Below, piece after piece: positions 48,554 through 59,435 of a DNA stretch of 64,000 nt. The stretch is from Vulcanimicrobiota bacterium (GTDB taxonomy: Bacteria > Vulcanimicrobiota > Vulcanimicrobiia > Vulcanimicrobiales > Vulcanimicrobiaceae). Position 1 is the stretch's first letter. The number at the start of each line of letters is the position of its first letter. Position numbers and translations under genes: made by a program. The notes below the pieces were generated by a model. That model did no database searches. It had not been told where the DNA came from and saw nothing but the letters and a program-made list of their open reading frames with translations. The stretch spans positions 1,760,001 to 1,824,000 of the forward strand of contig OY968762.1 in the NCBI GenBank assembly GCA_963695225.1. The letters run 5' to 3'.

Positions 48554-50409
48554 CTAGGCGGGGCGCGCGGCTTCCAGGCTCTCGGCCATCATGTGCCTGC
48601 TCCTGCGCTCGAGGCTCGCTGCGGGACCGGCGCCCGAAGCCGTCGCGACGCCGTATCGCCTGCTCGAGCCCAAACCACACGCTTTGGCGGCGTAGAGCGC
48701 GATGTCGGCGCACTCGATGAGGGTCCGTTCGTCACCGCCGTCCTGCGGGCAGACGCTGATACCGATGCACGCGCTGAGGTTGAGGTGCACGCCCTCGATC
48801 TCGCAGGGGGCCTCAAGTTCCTTTTTAAGCCTGGCCGCGAGCGCCTCGGGGGGGCTCCGATCGCCGGGCCGGGGCGGAGCACGATGAACTCGTCGCCGGC
48901 GAGCCGCGCGACGGTGTCGCTGTCGCGGCACGCCCGGCGCAAGCGTTGCGCGACGACCTTCAGAACCTCGTCGCCGACGAGATGCCCGTACGTGTCGTTG
49001 ATCGTCTTGAACCTATCGAGGTCGACGAAGTAGACGGCGACATTCTCATCGCGCCGGGGCGCGGCCGCGATCGCCTGCGCGAACCGGTCGTGCAACAAGA
49101 GGCGGTTCGGCAAACCGGTCAGAGCGTCGAAGTGCGCCAAGCCGTTCAGACGCCTTTCCTGTATCGCTCGCTCGGTGTTCACCGCCACAAGTTCTCCGAC
49201 CGCGCGCACGAACTCGCGGTCGAGATCGCTCAGCGGCGCGCTTCTGTTGCCGCTGACGAAAGCGAGTGCGCCGTAGCGTCCGCTCTCAACGTCGAGCGCA
49301 ATGCCGACGAACGTACGGCAGAACGGACGGGTCCGCGGCGCTCCCCCCGAGCGTTTCTTGAGTGCCGGCCCGTGGATCTCGCGCAAACCCGATTCCGCGA
49401 TCGTTTCCCCAATGAGCCGTCTGAAAAGGGGGTCCTCGGCCCCGGCGCACAACTCCGCCCCGGCGCGACGCTCGATCGTGAGCGTCTGCTCGTGGATGGC
49501 GACGACGACGGCAGATTCCAGTTCGAGTTCTTTGAGCCCGAAGGCGATCGCGGTATCGACTTGCTCGTTCGCGTCCGCTCCGATCTCGGAAGCCAAACGG
49601 TACAGCCGGCGCATGCGCAGCGATTGACACGCGAGCGCTTCATCTCGCTGCTCGCGATCGGTCACGTCGCGCGACATCAGAAACAAGCCCTTCACGCACT
49701 CCTCGAAGACGATCGGGATCGCGGTCCCCTCGACGGTCATCGGAGCTCCGCCGTTCGGAAGCGTTTGCCGATATCGAGTCGGTTTGCCGGCGCGGATCAT
49801 GTCCTGGATGAAACCGTTGAGTTCGTCTTGCTCGCCGGGCGGAAGCATGCTCGCGACTTCCTTGCCGGCCATCTCTTCGGACCGGCAACCGAGCAAACGT
49901 TCCGCCGCCGCGTTGACTCTCACGTAGCGGCCGTTCGCGTCGATCATCGAGATCGGGTCGGGGTGTTGTTCGAAGAGCGAGAGGAATTCCCGGCGGCTCT
50001 CGTCGCGCTCGTCCTCCGCTCTGCGCTGTTGCGTGACATCGCGCGCTATTCCGAAAACGCCGACGATCTTCGCAGCCACGATCGCAGGGGTCAGCCGCAC
50101 GATGACGTCGACGGCCTCGCCGTCGAGTCGCGCGAACCTCGACTCAAATTCGACCGGCTCCCCGGAGAGCGCGAGTTCGAATCTCGCGGCCGCGCGCCCG
50201 ACCTCGGCAGAGGCCATGTGCCTCGAAAAGTGCGTGCCGCGAAGTTCGTGGCCGGAAGCGCCGACGAGCGCTCGCGCCACGCCGTTTCCGGTGACGATCG
50301 TGCCGCCCCGGTCGTAGAGCGCGACCGCGTCTCGATTCAGCGAAAAGAGCGACGGGAACCGCTCCAGCGCCTGGACTAGTTCGACCAGCGCGTCCTCATC
50401 GTCGAGCAT
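48554..50409 (-). pseudogene. PAS-PAS-GAF-GGDEF diguanylate cyclase, frameshifted at a homopolymer
   Basis: Two PAS domains, GAF, DALTGLPNR, DLDRFKTINDTYGH..GDEVL, RDSD I-site, RLAGDEF. The GGDEF C-terminal half (SACIGISVCPQDG...ADIALYAAK) is in another frame (ORF 48554..48931); the switch is at the G7 run 48848-48854. Confidence 0.85.
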
Positions 50410-50493
50410 AGCTGCTCACCTCGCCGGCCCTCCCCGGAGGGCCCCGCACTACTACTATCGGTCCCCTGCGCCGATGCATAAGAGCGGGGTCGG

Positions 50494-51375
50494 CTAGCGC
50501 ACGCCGTTTCGCAGTTCGCCGAACGGGCGCCCGGCCGACCAGCCCGCCTCGAACCGGGCGCGCAGGGGTTCGACGAGCCCCGCCGCGCTCGTCGCGTATC
50601 CCCAATCGAGCGTCCCCGGGGAGCCCCCGGTCGCGTTCGCGGAGCCGACCCAAGCCCGGTCCCCGGCGAGCGCGAGCTTCTCTCCACGCTCTCCGAGGCG
50701 GATCTCTACCCCCGCCGCCTGCAGCGCACGGAGCGAACGTGCCTCGCGAGCGCCGAGCGGCCGCGCGCCGACCAGGAGGCGCACGTGCCCCCCGGCCTCG
50801 GCACGCTCGAGCAAGGCGGCGCAAACTCGGCCGCCGCCGAACGACTCGCTCTCGCAGGCGACGCCGTCCCCGGGAGCCCCGGCGATCGTTTCCGCCTCGA
50901 GTGCGAGCGCCGCGCCCTTGCTCGTCGCGAGCGCCCCGCCCTCGCTCGCAGCAAGCGCGCCCGAGCGCGGCGATTCCCCGGCGAGTGCGGCGCGGACTGC
51001 GGCGAGATCGCCCGGGTCGCTCGTGGCGAGGATCGTGTCGCACCCGTCGCCCGGCCAATTGCGATCGTCGAGGAAGAGCGTCCCGTCCGCGATGACGGCC
51101 TTGAGGTGGAGCGGCGGTTCGTCCGGAGCGGAGAGGACGGCATCGGCACCCCGGGCGCGGAGTTCTTCGACGGCAGCCCGGTTGGCGGCGATCACGCCGT
51201 CGCCGGCGCCGAGCCCGCCCCCGCCGAGCCGGACCCGAACGCGGGCGCCCGAGGCGGCCGCCTCATCGAGGGCCTCGAGCATCGGTCCCGAGCGGAGTAT
51301 GTACGCGCTGCACGAAACTTCGCGCGCCTGGGCGATCGAGGCGAGAACCGCCTCCTGCGAGCTCAGCGCGAGCAT
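50494..51375 (-). CDS. Phospholipase D-like domain protein (second HKD degenerate)
   Basis: LHLKAVIADG first motif; GEKLALAGD...GSANAT second motif. Confidence 0.7.
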   Translation of the reverse strand: MLALSSQEAVLASIAQAREVSCSAYILRSGPMLEALDEAAASGARVRVRLGGGGLGAGDGVIAANRAAVEELRARGADAVLSAPDEPPLHLKAVIADGTLFLDDRNWPGDGCDTILATSDPGDLAAVRAALAGESPRSGALAASEGGALATSKGAALALEAETIAGAPGDGVACESESFGGGRVCAALLERAEAGGHVRLLVGARPLGAREARSLRALQAAGVEIRLGERGEKLALAGDRAWVGSANATGGSPGTLDWGYATSAAGLVEPLRARFEAGWSAGRPFGELRNGVR

Positions 51376-51524
51376 ACCGCGACGGTGGTCACCGCTCCGA
51401 CGTCAAAGGTTGCGGGATGATCCTGGAGCGCGGTATCGTTCATCGGTCCCCCTCTTACGCTCCGGATCACGCCCATCGCCCAGGACGACAAGCCCCGCCT
51501 CGGAATCGAGCAGCTACAGCATCT

Positions 51525-52220
51525 ATGGACAAGGCCGTCTACGTTCGCGAAATGTTCGCCGCGATCGCGCCCCGCTACGATATGACGAACCGGCTCATGA
51601 CCGCCGGCGTCGACGAAGGCTGGCGCCGCCGCGCCGTGCGCGAACTCGCTCCCCCTCCGGGCGGCCGCATTCTCGATCTCTGCTGCGGGACGGGCGATCT
51701 GTCGTTCCACCTCACGCGCACCGACCCGACGCTGCGCGTCGACGGCGTCGATTTTTGCGAGCCGATGCTCGACGGCGCGCGAAAGCGCGCGCCGCGCGAA
51801 GATCCCGCCGGGCGCACGACGTTCCACGTCGGCGACGTGATGGCGCTCCCGTTCGCCGACGCGACGTTCGACGGTGCGACGATGGGCTTTTCGATGCGCA
51901 ACGTCGTCGATATCGTCGCCACGCTGCGCGAAGCGCGTCGCGTGCTCCGCCCCGGATCCCGCTTCGTGAACCTCGACGTTTCGAAGGCGCCGAATCCGCT
52001 GTTCCGCCGCGCGTTCAACCTGTACTTCTACGGCGTCGTCCCGTTGCTCGGCGGCGCCGTCGGCGGCTCGAAGCCCGCCTACCGCTACTTGCCGAATTCG
52101 CTGACGAACTTTCCGAACGCGGACGAATTGGCGCGCCGCTTCGAGACGGCAGGCTTCCGCGACGTCCGGTACGTCCGCCTCGGCGGCGGGGCGATCGCCG
52201 TCCACGCGGGGACCGCATGA
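51525..52220 (+). CDS. menG: Demethylmenaquinone methyltransferase (UbiE/MenG)
   Basis: VREMFAAIAPRYD..N..M..G.D..WR, LDLCCGTGD, FSMRNV, AYRYLPNS. Confidence 0.9.
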   Translation: MDKAVYVREMFAAIAPRYDMTNRLMTAGVDEGWRRRAVRELAPPPGGRILDLCCGTGDLSFHLTRTDPTLRVDGVDFCEPMLDGARKRAPREDPAGRTTFHVGDVMALPFADATFDGATMGFSMRNVVDIVATLREARRVLRPGSRFVNLDVSKAPNPLFRRAFNLYFYGVVPLLGGAVGGSKPAYRYLPNSLTNFPNADELARRFETAGFRDVRYVRLGGGAIAVHAGTA

Positions 52221-53230
52221 TCGAATCCCGCGGGCTGCACGACAAGAGCGATCGCGACCTTTACGCGCTCGTCGAAGAGTTCTTCAGCACCGAATTCACG
52301 ACCGATAATCCGCTGATCACGGAGGCGGTGCGGCGGATGCTCGCCGCCGGCGGTAAACGGCTTCGGCCGCGTTTCACGTTGCTCGCCGCGGAGGCGAACG
52401 GCTCCGACGCGCGCGAGCATCTTCCGCTCGCGGCGTACATGGAGCTGATCCACGTCGCGACGCTGATCCACGACGACGTCGTCGATCGCGCCGACACGCG
52501 GCGCGGCGTGAACGCGACGGCGATCGATTTCGGAAATCGCGTGAGCGTGCTCGCGGGCGACTACCTCTTCGCGTGGATCTTCAAGAACGTCACCGCGAAT
52601 TACCCGAATCCGGTACCGACCATCCTCTCCGCGACGCTCGCCGAGATCTGCGACGGCGAGGTGATGCAGCTGCGCGCGCTGGGCAACCTGAATCTCGGGA
52701 TCGCGGAGTACACGGAGATCGCGCTGCGCAAGACGGCGGCGCTGTTCGCCGCCTCCGCCGAGTGCGGGGCGATCATGGGCGGCGGCTCGCCGCTGCGGAT
52801 CAAGGCGCTGCGCGATTTCGGCCGGTACTTCGGGATCGCGTTCCAGATGCTCGACGACCTGCTCGACGTGACGGCGGACGAGGCGACGCTCGGCAAGCCC
52901 GTCGGCAACGATCTGCGCGAGCACAAGATGACGCTCCCGCTCATTTTCGCGCTCGAAGGGGGCGGGGCAAACTTTCGGAACCGGGTCGCGCGTTTCTATC
53001 GCGGGGAGACTCCGGGGCCCGAGGTGCCGGAACGGATTGCGGAGCTCCTTGCCGGAATCGTTGCGGGAGGTGGCGTCGAACGGAGCCGCGAGGCGATCGC
53101 CGGTTACGTCGAGCGGGCGAAGATGTCGCTGGCGCCCCTTGGCAACGCCGCCGCCCGAGCCGACCTGGCGGACCTCGCCGATGCGCTGGTCCGGAGTACG
53201 GACGAACCGAAACTGATCGAAGGAGCCTGA
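52217..53230 (+). CDS. Polyprenyl diphosphate synthase (HepT/IspB-like)
   Basis: GGKRLRP, ELIHVATLIHDDVVD..RRG, KTA, FQMLDDLLD, GKPVGNDL. Confidence 0.92.
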   Translation: MIESRGLHDKSDRDLYALVEEFFSTEFTTDNPLITEAVRRMLAAGGKRLRPRFTLLAAEANGSDAREHLPLAAYMELIHVATLIHDDVVDRADTRRGVNATAIDFGNRVSVLAGDYLFAWIFKNVTANYPNPVPTILSATLAEICDGEVMQLRALGNLNLGIAEYTEIALRKTAALFAASAECGAIMGGGSPLRIKALRDFGRYFGIAFQMLDDLLDVTADEATLGKPVGNDLREHKMTLPLIFALEGGGANFRNRVARFYRGETPGPEVPERIAELLAGIVAGGGVERSREAIAGYVERAKMSLAPLGNAAARADLADLADALVRSTDEPKLIEGA

Positions 53231-53236
53231 GAAACT

Positions 53237-53467
53237 ATGTTAGGTGGGACTGAGATCGCCGTCATCGTGGGGGCAGCGGTGCTCCTGTTCGGCGGCACCA
53301 AGATCCGCGACGTTGCCCGTGGGCTCGGCGCGGCTCAGAAGGAATTCAAGCTCGGGCAAGCCGAGGCAGATCTCGCGGCCGAGAAGCTGAAGGCGGAGAC
53401 CCGGCTGCAGGCGGAAGCCGCAGCCAAAGCCGCACAAGAGACCGCCGCGACGAAACCCGGCGCGTAG
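53237..53467 (+). CDS. tatA: Twin-arginine translocase TatA
   Basis: TE...LLFG..KI...RGLG....EFK. Confidence 0.9.
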   Translation: MLGGTEIAVIVGAAVLLFGGTKIRDVARGLGAAQKEFKLGQAEADLAAEKLKAETRLQAEAAAKAAQETAATKPGA

Positions 53468-53477
53468 CGGCTCCTAG

Positions 53478-54257
53478 GTGCTCGCGGAGGAATTGAACTC
53501 GGCGGCGCGTGAGCCGCACGCGCCCGACTGGGATCAGAAGGAGATGCCGTTCACGGAGCACCTGCGGGAGCTCCGTTCGCGCTTGCTCGTCTCGATCTCG
53601 ACGATCGGCGTGCTCGCGGTTGCGATGTTCTGGCCTTCGCAATTCATCATCAACTGGATCCGCCGCGAGTACTTGCCGGGCATCGAGCTCAACGCGTTCG
53701 CCCCGACGGACGGCATCTTCGTCGAGTTCAAGTTCTCGCTCTACGCGGCGCTCGTTCTCGGACTTCCGGTGCTCGTCTACCAAGCGTGGATGTTCATCGT
53801 CCCCGCCTTCCATCCGCGGACGCGACGCATCGTCTACGCGTATACCGCGCCCTCGCTCCTGCTCGCCGCCGCCGGCTTGGCGTTCTGCCATTTCTTCATC
53901 GTCAAGCGGATCCTCGCCGCGACGCTCGCGATCACCAACGAGATCGCCAAGCCCACGTTCGGGCTCGAGCCGACGCTCAACCTCATCATGATGCTGTTTC
54001 TTGCGTTCGCGATCGTCTTCCAGACGCCGATGGTGCTCGTGGCGCTCGCACGCATCGGGCTCGTCAACGCGACGATGCTGCGCGCTTACCGCCGCTACGC
54101 GGCGATGGCGATGCTCTTGCTCGGCGGCATCGCCGCGCCCGACGCCTCGCCCGTCACGATGCTCCTGCTCGCGGTTCCGATGTACGTCCTCTACGAAGTC
54201 AGCATCTGGCTGATCGTCGTCCTCGATCGCGGCTGGCAGCGGAGCGCGAGCCCCTAA
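53478..54257 (+). CDS. tatC: Twin-arginine translocase TatC
   Basis: MPFTEHLRELRSRL, YQAW.FI.P, FQTP, PD, P..VLYE. Confidence 0.95.
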   Translation: MLAEELNSAAREPHAPDWDQKEMPFTEHLRELRSRLLVSISTIGVLAVAMFWPSQFIINWIRREYLPGIELNAFAPTDGIFVEFKFSLYAALVLGLPVLVYQAWMFIVPAFHPRTRRIVYAYTAPSLLLAAAGLAFCHFFIVKRILAATLAITNEIAKPTFGLEPTLNLIMMLFLAFAIVFQTPMVLVALARIGLVNATMLRAYRRYAAMAMLLLGGIAAPDASPVTMLLLAVPMYVLYEVSIWLIVVLDRGWQRSASP

Positions 54258-55681
54258 TGGCCGATTCCTCCGCGGCGCGCCCCGGCGGCGCCGCCGCAGC
54301 GAACCCTGTCTCAGGCGCGTGGCGCGAGTTCTTGCTGCTCTTCTCGAACATCGGCTTCGCCGTTTCGCTCTTCGCGATCTGGGCCGCGATGACGATGATC
54401 GGGGTGATCGTCGACCAGGGCAAAGACGCGTCCGTCTACTTCCAGTCGTACCCCGCCCCGATCGCCCGCGCCGTCCTGCGGCTCGATCTCGACAACATCT
54501 ACCACTCGACGGGGTACATCACGATCATCGGGCTGATCCTCGTATCGATGTCGGTCGCGACGTTCTACCGGGTGATCCCCGCGCGCATGCCCGCGCTGCG
54601 GCCGCTGAAGCTCGAAGCGATTCCCCTGAACGCGCGCTTCCGCGTAACGGGGGAAGGGCAGGACGTTTCGGCCCGCGTTGCGGCGTTCTTCGCCTCGCGC
54701 GGGTGGTCGGTCCGCAAGCGCGAGTTCGGCGGCGCGGAATGGCTGTTCGCCGACAAGTTCGATTGGGCGCGGCGCGGCGTGCTGATCGCGCACGTCGGCT
54801 TCGTCATCATCGCGGCCGGGACGACGATCTATTGGGCGCGCGGCTTCTCCGGGACGACGACGATCCTCTCGGGGGCGACGCAGACGATCCCGCAAGCGAA
54901 GGCCACGCTCAAGTTGAACGCATTCAACTACGACATCAAGCCGATGCGCACGAAGAGCGGCATCGTCTACCAGCCGCTCGACTACGTCTCGTACTTGACG
55001 GTCACCGACAAAGACGGGAAGACCTCGCAGCAGACGCTGCGCGTGAACCATCCGATCGACGTGAACGGCACGCTGTTCTATCAATCGACGTACGGCTACG
55101 CGATCGAGGTCGCGGCCACGAAGGACGGGATCCCGCTCCCCGGTTTGCCGCTCGATCCGATCAAGGAAGGGACCGCGTTCCAGCTCGGGCAGAGCCCGCG
55201 CGCGATCCAGTACGCGCAGTTCGTGGGGACGATCGACCGCGCGACGAACAGCGTGGGCCGCGACCCCCGCCCGAACGACCCGGGCGTGGTCCTCAACGTC
55301 TATGAAGGGGATGCGCTCGCCGGAAGGATGCTCGTTCCGATCGGAACGACCGTCGATCTCGGCGGCGGATATCGCTTGGGCGTCTTGCGCTACACGATCT
55401 ACACGGGGCTGCAGTACCGCTACGACCCGGGGATCCCGCTCGTCGGGCTCGGGGCGTTCATCCTGCTGCTGGGCTTGTGCATCTCCTTCTACTTCCTGCC
55501 GGCCCGGTTCTACATCCGGATCGACAAGGTCGCCGGGGGGGCGGCGCCCGCCTGGGAGGTCGGCGTCGCAGCGACGACCGTCAAGGGCTACGACATCTTC
55601 GAGGAGCGTTTCAACGAGCTCGTCCGGGCGCTTTCGCGTGACTTTGGTCAACGCGAGCCCGCCATCGCTCGGGCACACTAG
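54257..55681 (+). CDS. resB: Cytochrome c biogenesis protein ResB/Ccs1
   Basis: IG..V.Q, DNIYHS, AH, LRVNHP, FYQ..YG, YTGLQYRYDPG. Confidence 0.9.
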   Translation: MADSSAARPGGAAAANPVSGAWREFLLLFSNIGFAVSLFAIWAAMTMIGVIVDQGKDASVYFQSYPAPIARAVLRLDLDNIYHSTGYITIIGLILVSMSVATFYRVIPARMPALRPLKLEAIPLNARFRVTGEGQDVSARVAAFFASRGWSVRKREFGGAEWLFADKFDWARRGVLIAHVGFVIIAAGTTIYWARGFSGTTTILSGATQTIPQAKATLKLNAFNYDIKPMRTKSGIVYQPLDYVSYLTVTDKDGKTSQQTLRVNHPIDVNGTLFYQSTYGYAIEVAATKDGIPLPGLPLDPIKEGTAFQLGQSPRAIQYAQFVGTIDRATNSVGRDPRPNDPGVVLNVYEGDALAGRMLVPIGTTVDLGGGYRLGVLRYTIYTGLQYRYDPGIPLVGLGAFILLLGLCISFYFLPARFYIRIDKVAGGAAPAWEVGVAATTVKGYDIFEERFNELVRALSRDFGQREPAIARAH

Positions 55682-55704
55682 GGGCATTCGGAGGCAACGC
55701 CGGC

Positions 55705-56703
55705 ATGAATTTAGATCAGACCCTGATCGTCATCGCGATCTCCTCGTACATCATGGGGACGCTCGCCCTCTCGACGTTCTTCCTCTCCCGGGCGCCGCTC
55801 GCAAAGCAAATCGGCATCCCCTTCGCGTTCCTGGGCTGCGCCGTTCAGCTCGTCGAACTCGGGGTGCGCTACCAGACGACGCACATCTGGCCGCTGACGA
55901 ACCTCTACGGCTCGCTCTCGCTCTTTGCGGCGCTCAGCGTCCTGATCTTCCTGATCTTCTCGCTGAAATACGATCTCTGGTTCCTCGGCGGCTTCATCCA
56001 GGCGATCGCGGCCGTCTTCCTCGCCTACGCGCTGACCTGGAATGAAGGCTATCTCCCGGCGGTCCCGGCGCTGCAATCCTACTGGATCAAGATCCACGTC
56101 CCGCTCGTGATCGGCGCCTACGCCGCCTTCATGGTCTCGTTCGTGACCTCGGCGCTCTACCTGGTTCGCTACTATCTCGAGCGCTCGCTCGAATCGCGCA
56201 AAGGCCTCGTGCGAATGAATCCCGCCGTCGCGGCCGGCCCCGGGACGCTCAAGGGAGGCGTTTCGCTCCAGACCGCCTCGCCCGAGTTGGGGGTCGGAGC
56301 CCGCGGCACCACCGCCGCGATGCGCGAAGGGGCGAACGTCGCGGCCGCCGCCGAGGCGGGCGATCCGCTCGCACGCTGGCTGCAGACGCTCCCGGCCCTC
56401 TCGAAGCTCGACATCATGACCTACCGGATCATCGCGGTCGGCCTCCCGCTCTTGACGGTCGGGATCATCACCGGCGCCTGGTGGGCCAAAGAAGCGTGGG
56501 GCGCCTACTGGCAGTGGGATCCCAAGGAGACGGCCTCGCTCTTCTGCTGGATCTGGTACGCGGGCTACATGCATCTGCACACGCGCAATCAGTGGCGCGG
56601 GCTGCGCTGCGCCTGGCTCGCCGCGCTCGGGTTCGCCGCCGTGCTGTTCTGCTACCTCGGCGTGAACATCTGGATCAGCGGCCTGCACAGCTACAAGATG
56701 TAA
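55705..56703 (+). CDS. ccsB: Cytochrome c biogenesis heme lyase CcsB/ResC (system II)
   Basis: PLTNLYGS, PALQSYWIKIHV, WWD domain GAWWAKEAWGAYWQWDPKET, GLHSY. Confidence 0.93.
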   Translation: MNLDQTLIVIAISSYIMGTLALSTFFLSRAPLAKQIGIPFAFLGCAVQLVELGVRYQTTHIWPLTNLYGSLSLFAALSVLIFLIFSLKYDLWFLGGFIQAIAAVFLAYALTWNEGYLPAVPALQSYWIKIHVPLVIGAYAAFMVSFVTSALYLVRYYLERSLESRKGLVRMNPAVAAGPGTLKGGVSLQTASPELGVGARGTTAAMREGANVAAAAEAGDPLARWLQTLPALSKLDIMTYRIIAVGLPLLTVGIITGAWWAKEAWGAYWQWDPKETASLFCWIWYAGYMHLHTRNQWRGLRCAWLAALGFAAVLFCYLGVNIWISGLHSYKM

Positions 56704-56706
56704 TAC

Positions 56707-57882
56707 GTGAGGCCGCGCTTCGCCGCGTATCTCGCGGCTGCCGCGCTCGCCGATAGCGGTTACTGGATCTACAGCGTCGCGACGGGCTGGCTCGTCGAGA
56801 ACGCGACGCACGCCCCGCTGTGGCTCGGAATCGTGAACGGCGCGGGGAATCTGCCTTTCCTGCTGTTTTCGCTCGCAGGCGGCGTCCTCGCCGACCGCTT
56901 CGAACGCCGCAACGTCATCGCCGGCGGGAACGCGCTGCTGTGCGCGCTCGTGCTCCTGCTGGCGTTCCTCGTCACGCGCGGCGCGCTGCCGATCCGGCTG
57001 CTCGCCGGTTTCGCATTTTGCGTCGGGACGATCAACGCGCTCGAGCACCCCGTCGATCGCGCCTGGCTCTACGAGCTGATCGAGGGGAAACAGCTCGGCC
57101 GTTCGATCTCGCTCTCCTCGCTCGAATGGGCCGTCGCACGGACCTTCGGTCCCGCGCTCGGCGGCGTCGCGGTCGCCGCGCTCGGCATCGCGGCCGGCTA
57201 CGCGGCCTACGCGCTCGCCGTCCTCCCTATGCTCGTCCTCGCGCTCGCGGTGCGAACGCAGACGTTCGGCGCCGCCGGCGCGAGCGCGGATGCGCAGGCT
57301 CCCCCGGCCGAGACGGAACGCCTGCCGGCCGCAATCCTGCCGTTCTCGTTGCTGATCGCGAGCTTCACCATCTGCGTCACGCCGTACATCGCGCTCCTCC
57401 CCGACATCGCCGTGCGCGACTTTCACCTCGATGCGCGCGGCTTCGGGCTCCTGGCCGCCTGCGGCGGCGTCGGCGCGATCGCGGGCGGCATCCTGCTCAG
57501 CGCGCTCGGCGAACTGCGCTCGAAGGGGCGGATCGTCGCGTCGACCGCGTTCTGCGGCGCGCTCCTGCTCGTCGCGTTCGCCGCCACGCACGACGTCCGC
57601 CTCGCAGCGGCGCTCCTAGTCGCGATGGGCGCGATCGACACCGCGATGTACGCGCTCGCGAACACTTACGTGCAACAACTCGCGTCCGACCGGCTGCGCG
57701 GACGCGCGAACGCGGTCTTCTCGCTCGCGTTCATCGGCGGCATTCCGATCGGCAGCTTCGCGCTCGGCGCGCTCGCGCAGCGCGTCGGGAACGGTCCGGC
57801 GCTGATCTTCACCGGAAGCCTGGCAGCGCTCGCCTGCCTCGTCTTTTGGAGCGCTGCGCCCGCCGCGCGGGACGCCGCCTGA
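56707..57882 (+). CDS. MFS transporter (MFS_3 / H+ antiporter-like)
   Basis: 12 TM helices, GVLADRFERR, ARTFGPALGG, LRGRA. Confidence 0.88.
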   Translation: MRPRFAAYLAAAALADSGYWIYSVATGWLVENATHAPLWLGIVNGAGNLPFLLFSLAGGVLADRFERRNVIAGGNALLCALVLLLAFLVTRGALPIRLLAGFAFCVGTINALEHPVDRAWLYELIEGKQLGRSISLSSLEWAVARTFGPALGGVAVAALGIAAGYAAYALAVLPMLVLALAVRTQTFGAAGASADAQAPPAETERLPAAILPFSLLIASFTICVTPYIALLPDIAVRDFHLDARGFGLLAACGGVGAIAGGILLSALGELRSKGRIVASTAFCGALLLVAFAATHDVRLAAALLVAMGAIDTAMYALANTYVQQLASDRLRGRANAVFSLAFIGGIPIGSFALGALAQRVGNGPALIFTGSLAALACLVFWSAAPAARDAA

Positions 57883-57938
57883 CCGGACGCCGCCCGAGCC
57901 GCAACGTTCCCTTCGCCCGGCGGGTTCCCAGCGTTACG

Positions 57939-59435
57939 ATGCTGACCGCGAACGGCGCCGGGCGGGCGCTGGCCGGCTTAGTGGTTCACGACGTCGCGCT
58001 CGCGAAGCTCGGAGCGGCGTTCGCCGAGCGGCGCATGCCGACGCCGCTCCCCGATCCGCGCCTCGTCGCGTTCAACCCCGACGCTGCGACGCTGCTCGAT
58101 CTCGATCCGGCGGCGGCCGACGACCCGCGCTTCACGCTCCTCGCGGCGGGAAACGCCACGTTCCGCGAGCGGCCGCCGAGCGCCGCGATCTACGCCGGGC
58201 ACCAATTCGGCGTTTTCGTTCGCCAACTCGGCGACGGCCGAGCGATCTCGCTCGGAGAGATCGAGAACGCTCGCGGCGAGCGCTGGGAATACCAGCTCAA
58301 AGGCGCGGGGACGACGGCGTTCTCGCGCTTCGCCGACGGACGCGCGGTGCTGCGTTCGACGATCCGCGAGTACCTTTGCAGCGAGGCGATGCACCATCTG
58401 GGCATCCCGACGACCCGCGCGCTCGCGATTGCGGGGAGCGATTTCCCCGTCTTTCGCGAGCGCCCCGAGACGGCCGCCGTCCTCACCCGCCTGGCCCCTT
58501 CGTTCGTGCGCTTCGGGTCGTTCGAACTGTTCCATTCGCGCGGGCAACTCGAGCACGTCAAGACCCTGGCCGATCACACGATCGCGCGCTTTTATCCCGC
58601 GCTAGCGCAGAGCGGCGAACGCGAACGCTACGCGGGCTTTCTGCGCGAAGTCGTGGAGCGCACGGCCGAACTCGTCGCGCGGTGGCAAGCTGCCGGCTTC
58701 GCGCACGGCGTGCTCAACACCGACAACATGTCGATCCTCGGCCTGACGCTCGACTACGGGCCGTTCGGCTTCATGGAGCGCTACGACCCGGGCTTCATCT
58801 GCAATCATTCGGACGAGTCCGGACGCTACGCGTTCGACCAGCAGCCGCGCGTCGGGCTTTGGAACTGCTACGTGCTCGCGAGCGCGCTCTCGTCGCTCGT
58901 GGAGCGGCCCGATGCGCAAGCGGCGCTCGACGCTTACGAACCCGTCTACCGGTCGCGCTTTTCCGCGCTGATGGGCGCGAAGCTCGGGCTCGCGACGGCG
59001 GAGGAGGCGGATGCGGAACTCATTGCCGCATTCCTGCACGTACTCGAAGTCTCGGGCGCCGACTACACGCTCGCCTTGCGGCGCCTCGGCTCGCTCGGGC
59101 GCAAAGCGAGCCCCGCGGATGCCGCCTTCGATGAGTTTTTCGGCGGGCACGCCGCGTGGGGCGTTTGGCGAGCGCGCTACCGCGCGCGCCTGGAGCGGGA
59201 ACCGCGCACGGACGCCGCGCGTCGCGCCGCGATGGCGCGCGTCAATCCGAAGTTCGTCCTGCGCAATCACCTCGCGCAGCGAGCGATCGTCGCAGCCGAA
59301 GGGGGCGACTTCGGGGAAATCGGGCGGCTGCACGCCGTCCTGCGCGCTCCGTTCTCGGAGCAGCCCGAAAACGAGGCGTACGCCTGCCCCGCACCGGAAG
59401 GGACCGAAACGACGGCGGTCAGCTGTTCGTCGTGA
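57939..59435 (+). CDS. selO: Protein adenylyltransferase SelO/YdiU
   Basis: YAGHQFG, QLGDGRA, QLKGAG, DGRAVLRS, HGVLNTDN, DYGP, NPK..LRN, terminal VSCSS. Confidence 0.95.
   Translation: MLTANGAGRALAGLVVHDVALAKLGAAFAERRMPTPLPDPRLVAFNPDAATLLDLDPAAADDPRFTLLAAGNATFRERPPSAAIYAGHQFGVFVRQLGDGRAISLGEIENARGERWEYQLKGAGTTAFSRFADGRAVLRSTIREYLCSEAMHHLGIPTTRALAIAGSDFPVFRERPETAAVLTRLAPSFVRFGSFELFHSRGQLEHVKTLADHTIARFYPALAQSGERERYAGFLREVVERTAELVARWQAAGFAHGVLNTDNMSILGLTLDYGPFGFMERYDPGFICNHSDESGRYAFDQQPRVGLWNCYVLASALSSLVERPDAQAALDAYEPVYRSRFSALMGAKLGLATAEEADAELIAAFLHVLEVSGADYTLALRRLGSLGRKASPADAAFDEFFGGHAAWGVWRARYRARLEREPRTDAARRAAMARVNPKFVLRNHLAQRAIVAAEGGDFGEIGRLHAVLRAPFSEQPENEAYACPAPEGTETTAVSCSS

Noticed and set aside
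53237..54257. Absence of tatB
   Set aside because: Minimal TatAC systems are common; not unusual.
59421..59435. Possible selenocysteine read-through at the SelO TGA
   Set aside because: The protein already ends in the usual bacterial CSS; the TGA follows it, and no SECIS-like evidence was seen.
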